This document shows positions 44,282 to 44,708 of a stretch of 44,708 nt of DNA, in pieces. The translations under genes were made by a program, and so were the position numbers. The DNA lies in NCBI GenBank assembly GCA_964449015.1, contig CAYVBH010000003.1:1-44708 (forward strand). The letters are read 5' to 3'. Position 1 is the stretch's first letter. The number at the start of each line of letters is the position of its first letter. A model generated the notes under the pieces. The model had not been told where the DNA came from and searched no databases. It saw only the letters and a program-made list of their open reading frames with translations. The DNA is from an uncultured Bacteroidales bacterium. Its GTDB lineage: Bacteria; Bacteroidota; Bacteroidia; Bacteroidales; UBA10428.

Positions 44282-44327
44282 GTGAAAACTTCCCTTAATC
44301 AGCAGTGAAAACCTCCCTTAATTAGCA
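44282..44327. repeat. Tandem direct repeat, 2 x 23 bp (21/23 identical)
   Basis: GTGAAAACTTCCCTTAATCAGCA (44282-44304) is followed directly by GTGAAAACCTCCCTTAATTAGCA (44305-44327). It is preceded by the small palindrome CACCTGAAGGTG. Confidence 0.8.
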
Positions 44328-44383
44328 GCAGTTAAATTTGGATGTCTTCTTTTGATGAGCCCATCCCTTCAATTGGGTTGGCT

Positions 44384-44701
44384 TCAGAGCTTTGTTTGCA
44401 AAACATCCTGTAGCATTTGTTTGTTGAGAGAAAGATCGACGACGATCTGCTTCAACTTGAAATCTTCTTCTTCAAGCTGACGTAAACGACGCAGCTCTGC
44501 AACGCCCAGACCACTGTATTTCCTTTTCCTGTTTACATCCCGGCAAGTAAAATGGCGAACTCGATGATTCCCATTGTAGCGGTCAACACATTTATCGAAT
44601 TCGTATTCGGGTATCATGGACATAAGCTGAGCAAAGGTTGTAAACAGGAAAAGGAAATACAGTGATTTCGGGAAAATGAAGTGCAGTAAATTTGGGAACA
44701 A
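44384..44701 (-). pseudogene. Chimeric ORF made of two transposase fragments (IS4-family DUF4372 N-terminus fused to an IS3-family OrfA middle segment)
   Basis: FAQLMSMIPEYEFDKCVDRYNGNHRVRHFTCRD matches the N-terminal DUF4372 region of Bacteroidota IS4-family transposases (FAQLMS..P..EF..CV.RY.G.....F.C.DQ). The rest, GLGVAELRRLRQLEEEDFKLKQIVVDLSLNKQMLQDVLQTKL*, matches the leucine-zipper end of IS3-family OrfA (..LK.LEeEN.rLKrlvAdLsLdk..Lk.vl.KK). Beyond the stop, a frameshifted LKPTQLKG continues the OrfA pattern and then dies. Confidence 0.6.
44512..44664. repeat. Perfect 26-bp inverted repeat separated by 101 bp
   Basis: CACTGTATTTCCTTTTCCTGTTTACA (44512-44537) and its exact reverse complement TGTAAACAGGAAAAGGAAATACAGTG (44639-44664). 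The flanking bases on both sides break the symmetry. Read outward from the 101-bp spacer, each arm starts with TG, like an IS3-family terminal IR. Confidence 0.9.
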
Positions 44702-44708
44702 GAGTGCA
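44639..44708 (+). mobile_element. Possible left end of an IS3-family element running off the window (IR plus first codons of orfA)
   Basis: A TG-initiated 26-bp IR at 44639-44664 is followed by ATG 44676 encoding MKCSKFGNKSA..., compared with the common IS3 OrfA start MK.SKF. Only 11 codons are visible. Confidence 0.3.

Noticed and set aside
44512-44664. The 26-bp IR pair as a Bacteroides-style invertible promoter controlling the polysaccharide locus.
   Set aside because: The 101-bp insert is a coding fragment of a transposase and has no TAnnTTTG box on either strand. No tyrosine/serine invertase gene is in the window. The element is 6 kb and several oppositely oriented genes away from the main operon. 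The facing-IS-ends explanation fits better. It is kept as a lower-probability alternative in the findings.
1-44708. Scan for rRNA, tRNA, CRISPR arrays, toxin-antitoxin pairs and known defence-system signatures.
   Set aside because: By eye I saw no cloverleaf-like or rRNA-like segments and no regularly spaced direct repeats. I saw no nuclease, helicase, methylase or small paired ORFs. Every substantial ORF fits glycan biosynthesis or IS debris. A by-eye scan cannot exclude small ncRNAs.

Overview
This 44.7-kb window is almost entirely one very large, co-directional locus for Wzx/Wzy-type surface-polysaccharide (capsule/EPS/O-antigen) biosynthesis. The host looks like a low-GC Bacteroidota organism, based on a T9SS C-terminal sorting domain and TAnnTTTG-type promoter motifs. 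The window opens with the 3' end of a WecB/FnlC-type UDP-GlcNAc 2-epimerase gene. Then 35 plus-strand genes run from 438 to 38037. In order they are: a wza-like exporter, a wzc-like BY-kinase, two tandem FdtA-type 3,4-ketoisomerases, a FemAB/CelD-like GNAT, a short DegT-like PLP enzyme, an unknown protein with a ParB/Srx-like motif, and a Wzx flippase. Next come two GT2 glycosyltransferases, a WecF/GT56-like transferase, an (alpha/alpha)-toroid protein plus formyltransferase, a GT-B transferase and a Wzy-like polymerase. A decayed IS5-family transposase relic follows. After it lie a 628-aa polytopic membrane protein, two tandem CE4-like paralogues, a CapA-like protein, an AsnB-like amidotransferase, an ATP-grasp ligase, an SDR epimerase and four more GT-B transferases. 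The run ends with a PglC/WcfS-type initiating phosphoglycosyl transferase, WbqC, a second short DegT-like enzyme, a PIG-L/LmbE deacetylase, and a self-contained ACP-KASIII-ketoreductase-LbH acyltransferase cassette. Downstream are a minus-strand T9SS-secreted beta-helix/Ig-repeat protein, an MBOAT plus DltD/AlgJ-like O-acylation pair, an SGNH-like lipoprotein, and nested IS debris (an IS4/DUF4372 fragment bracketed by 26-bp inverted IS3-like ends). No rRNA, tRNA or CRISPR array was seen. The most interesting parts are the unusual sugar-tailoring modules, not any recognisable defence or toxin system. All family calls come from motif recognition by eye; no database search or computation was possible.
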